From the NCBI GenBank assembly GCA_964016885.1, contig OZ024755.1, positions 33,852,001 through 33,916,000 of the forward strand: a stretch of DNA of 64,000 nucleotides, written 5' to 3'. The notes under the pieces were generated by a model, which was not told where the DNA came from, did not search any database, and saw only the letters and a list, made by a program, of their open reading frames with translations. Below are positions 61,527 to 64,000 of the stretch, in pieces (the stretch's first letter is position 1; each line of letters starts with the position of its first letter). Both the position numbers and the translations under genes were made by a program. This DNA comes from Eledone cirrhosa. Its lineage: Eukaryota.

Positions 61527-62743
61527 GTTTGTAGGAAAGAAAACAAGGCGGCGGTCCCTTCTGGGAAATGGTCGTGCTCGGTGTGTAGGAAAGGCGTAGG
61601 TAGAAACTCCATTTTATGTCCTAAATGCAAAGTATGGGTGCATAAAAGATGTAGTGGGATCACAGGTAGGCTAACTAAGAACATAGATTTTACATGTGGC
61701 CGGTGCTCTGGTGCAATAAGTAGCAGCAAGTGCCCACAAACTACTAGCTCTTTCAATTGCGCAGAGGGTTCTATAGAAATAGTGGACAGCTTCCGTTACC
61801 TGGGCGATAAAATCAGCAGTGGGGGAGGGTGCTCTGAAAGTACTGTAGCTAGAGTCAGAACTGGTTGGAAAAAGTTCAGAGAGCTTATACCACTATTAGC
61901 TGCTAAAGGGTTCTCACTAAAAATGAAAGGCAGGTTGTACGATGCCTGCATACGAACAGCAATGCTGCATGGCAGTGAGACCTGGGCATTGTGTGCAGAG
62001 GATATACGCAGACTAGAGAGGAACGAAGCTTGCATGCTCCGCTGGATGTGTAACAGTAATATACGTGAACGGCAAAGCATAAACGAACTAAGGAATAAAT
62101 TAGAGATAAGAGGGATCAGATGTTGTTTACTCGAGAGAAGGCTACGTTGGTATGGACACGTGATGCGCATGAAAGTCGATAGCTGTATAACAAAGTGCAG
62201 GGCAATAAAGATAGACGGTAGTCACGGAATAGGCAGACCTAGAAAAACCTGGGACGAGCTGATAAACTCCGACATCACACACTTACACCTCTCCAAGACA
62301 ATGTCACTGGACCGAGACCTTTGGCGGTACTCAGTAACAGAGAAGACCCGCCTTACCTAAATATATAGTAAAACCTACTCCAGCCAGTAGGCATCTCTAA
62401 CAAATACACCCCGTCCCACCACCCCCACCCGATCCACACCCCCCCGTTCTATGTAAAGTTATGTTGGTGCCGCGCCATCGAGGCCGAAACAAATGAGATC
62501 GTGTAGGTGTCACGACAAAAAAACACACAGTCCACGCTGTAATGTGGCCGTGTAGGCAACACGGTAAAAACCTCCCAGACCCACACTGTAAATGTGGTTG
62601 GTGTTAGGAAGGGCATCCAACTGTAGAAAACCTGCCAGACAGTCCTATGCGAGCAAGACAATCACTCTTGCCTCAAGTGGGACTACCCCCGTCCAAACCC
62701 ATGCAAGCGTGGAACACGGACGTTAAACGCTGATGATGATGAT
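61527..62743 (+). mobile_element. 5'-truncated PHD-RTE LINE, frame intact to the stop at 62360
   Basis: Close match to 26129-27349; PHD at 61575-61706; (TA)n on both sides. Confidence 0.95.
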
Positions 62744-64000
62744 ATATATATATATATTCTTTTATTCTCTTACTGGTCTCACTCACGCATTGGATTACAA
62801 CCATATTGGGGCTCCACCTTCAGAGGTTTTAGTTGATCATATAAACCCATTATATAGTCTAGTCTGGTACATATTTATTTCATCTATCTCCATTTATCAG
62901 ATAGCTAAGTTATAGGAGGTAAAGAGTCTGGCAATTAAAGGAAAAAAGAATTCTACATAAGGTTAGTTGGGAGGTACTTGAAAAGCCAGACCTTATACCA
63001 ACAGTACAAAGAGATTGGTCTCTGCTTCAGTGGAAACTTTAGGATATTACAGAGTTTGTTGTCTCCAAATAATAATTATTTGAATTCTATGAACAAAATT
63101 TTTAGAGGATGTCTACATCTTAAAGACTTTTATTTTTCTACTACTCAACTCCATAGCTTAATAAATATCTCTATATTACATAACACCATACATCTACTAT
63201 ATTGCATTCACACTAACACATATACACCTACATTGATATTTCTAATTTACACCTTTGTTACACTACATTTTCATAAAGAAGCATTTAACATGTTATATTT
63301 TTTTTTATCAAACTCATCCAATCACCTGTTAGTAGGATAAAAACATGCCGTGTCCCCCTCATATGATGGTTGTGGTGGTATTGTGACAAAAAACAACTAG
63401 TCCATGCTGTAAGATGGTAGTTCTGGTGCCATGACAAAACACCCGGTCCATGCTTGGAGATGGTTGCTTCTGACAGGACCTACTGGAGGACTCTGCCCTC
63501 ATGACCCTCTCAAGACGAAGAAGAAGAAGAAGAAGAAGAAGAAGAAAAGATTCTAGAAAGGTGAAAGGTAATGTTGATCTTGGTAGAATTTGAACTCAGA
63601 ACATGTGAGCTTGTAAAGAACTGGAACCAATTCCATGTGGTTTTATCAACTGCAGAGATTACTGGTGATATGAGTTAATAATAAAATACCAATATATATC
63701 AACATATGCTGTTTCCAACAACTGATACACCAACTGTAAACACTAACTACAATGTCACTTTACAGACCCAGCAAACCTCTAAAAACCCTAATGGGGAGTA
63801 CCATTAAAAAATGTGCATGAAAATGGGGAGAAATGAGGCAAAATGATGAAATTTTGCACATTGAAAGATATTTCTCACTCACTCCAAAGTGAGTGGTATA
63901 TCTCCCCATCGGACAGGGAGAATTGACAGGTCCGCTGAAGGCAAGCAGTTAAATAGATGATTACAATTTGCACATTATCCATACAATTTAATGATAGCAC

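Overview
AT-rich, repeat-saturated eukaryotic non-coding DNA (intron or intergenic). The repeat repertoire (tRNA-derived CORE-type and other SINEs, RTE LINEs with (GAT)n tails, dense (TA)n/(TACA)n/(GA)n microsatellites) suggests a coleoid cephalopod, probably an octopod; this is inference. No intact host gene is supported, and most long ORFs in the track are microsatellite or minisatellite artefacts. Protein-derived sequence is all transposon relic: RTE LINEs (two copies carry a Cys4-His-Cys3 PHD finger inside the RT region), R4/Dong-like LINE pieces, a Penelope-like RT fragment, a decayed Gypsy pol, a Tigger/pogo fold-back, and CR1/L2-, L1/Tx1- and Vingi-like ends. piggyBac- and hAT-type MITEs are also present. 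The most notable signal, read by eye, is about 20 type I hammerhead ribozyme motifs (about 13 with canonical CUGANGA/GAAA cores). They belong to several unrelated short element families, mostly sit in or beside (TA)n tracts, and often carry fold-back inverted repeats. One pair shows stem I covariation, several families share a U-U pair at the base of stem II, two copies share a CAGAAGA core variant, and one inversion breakpoint sits at the predicted cleavage site. All family assignments are by motif recognition, not database search.
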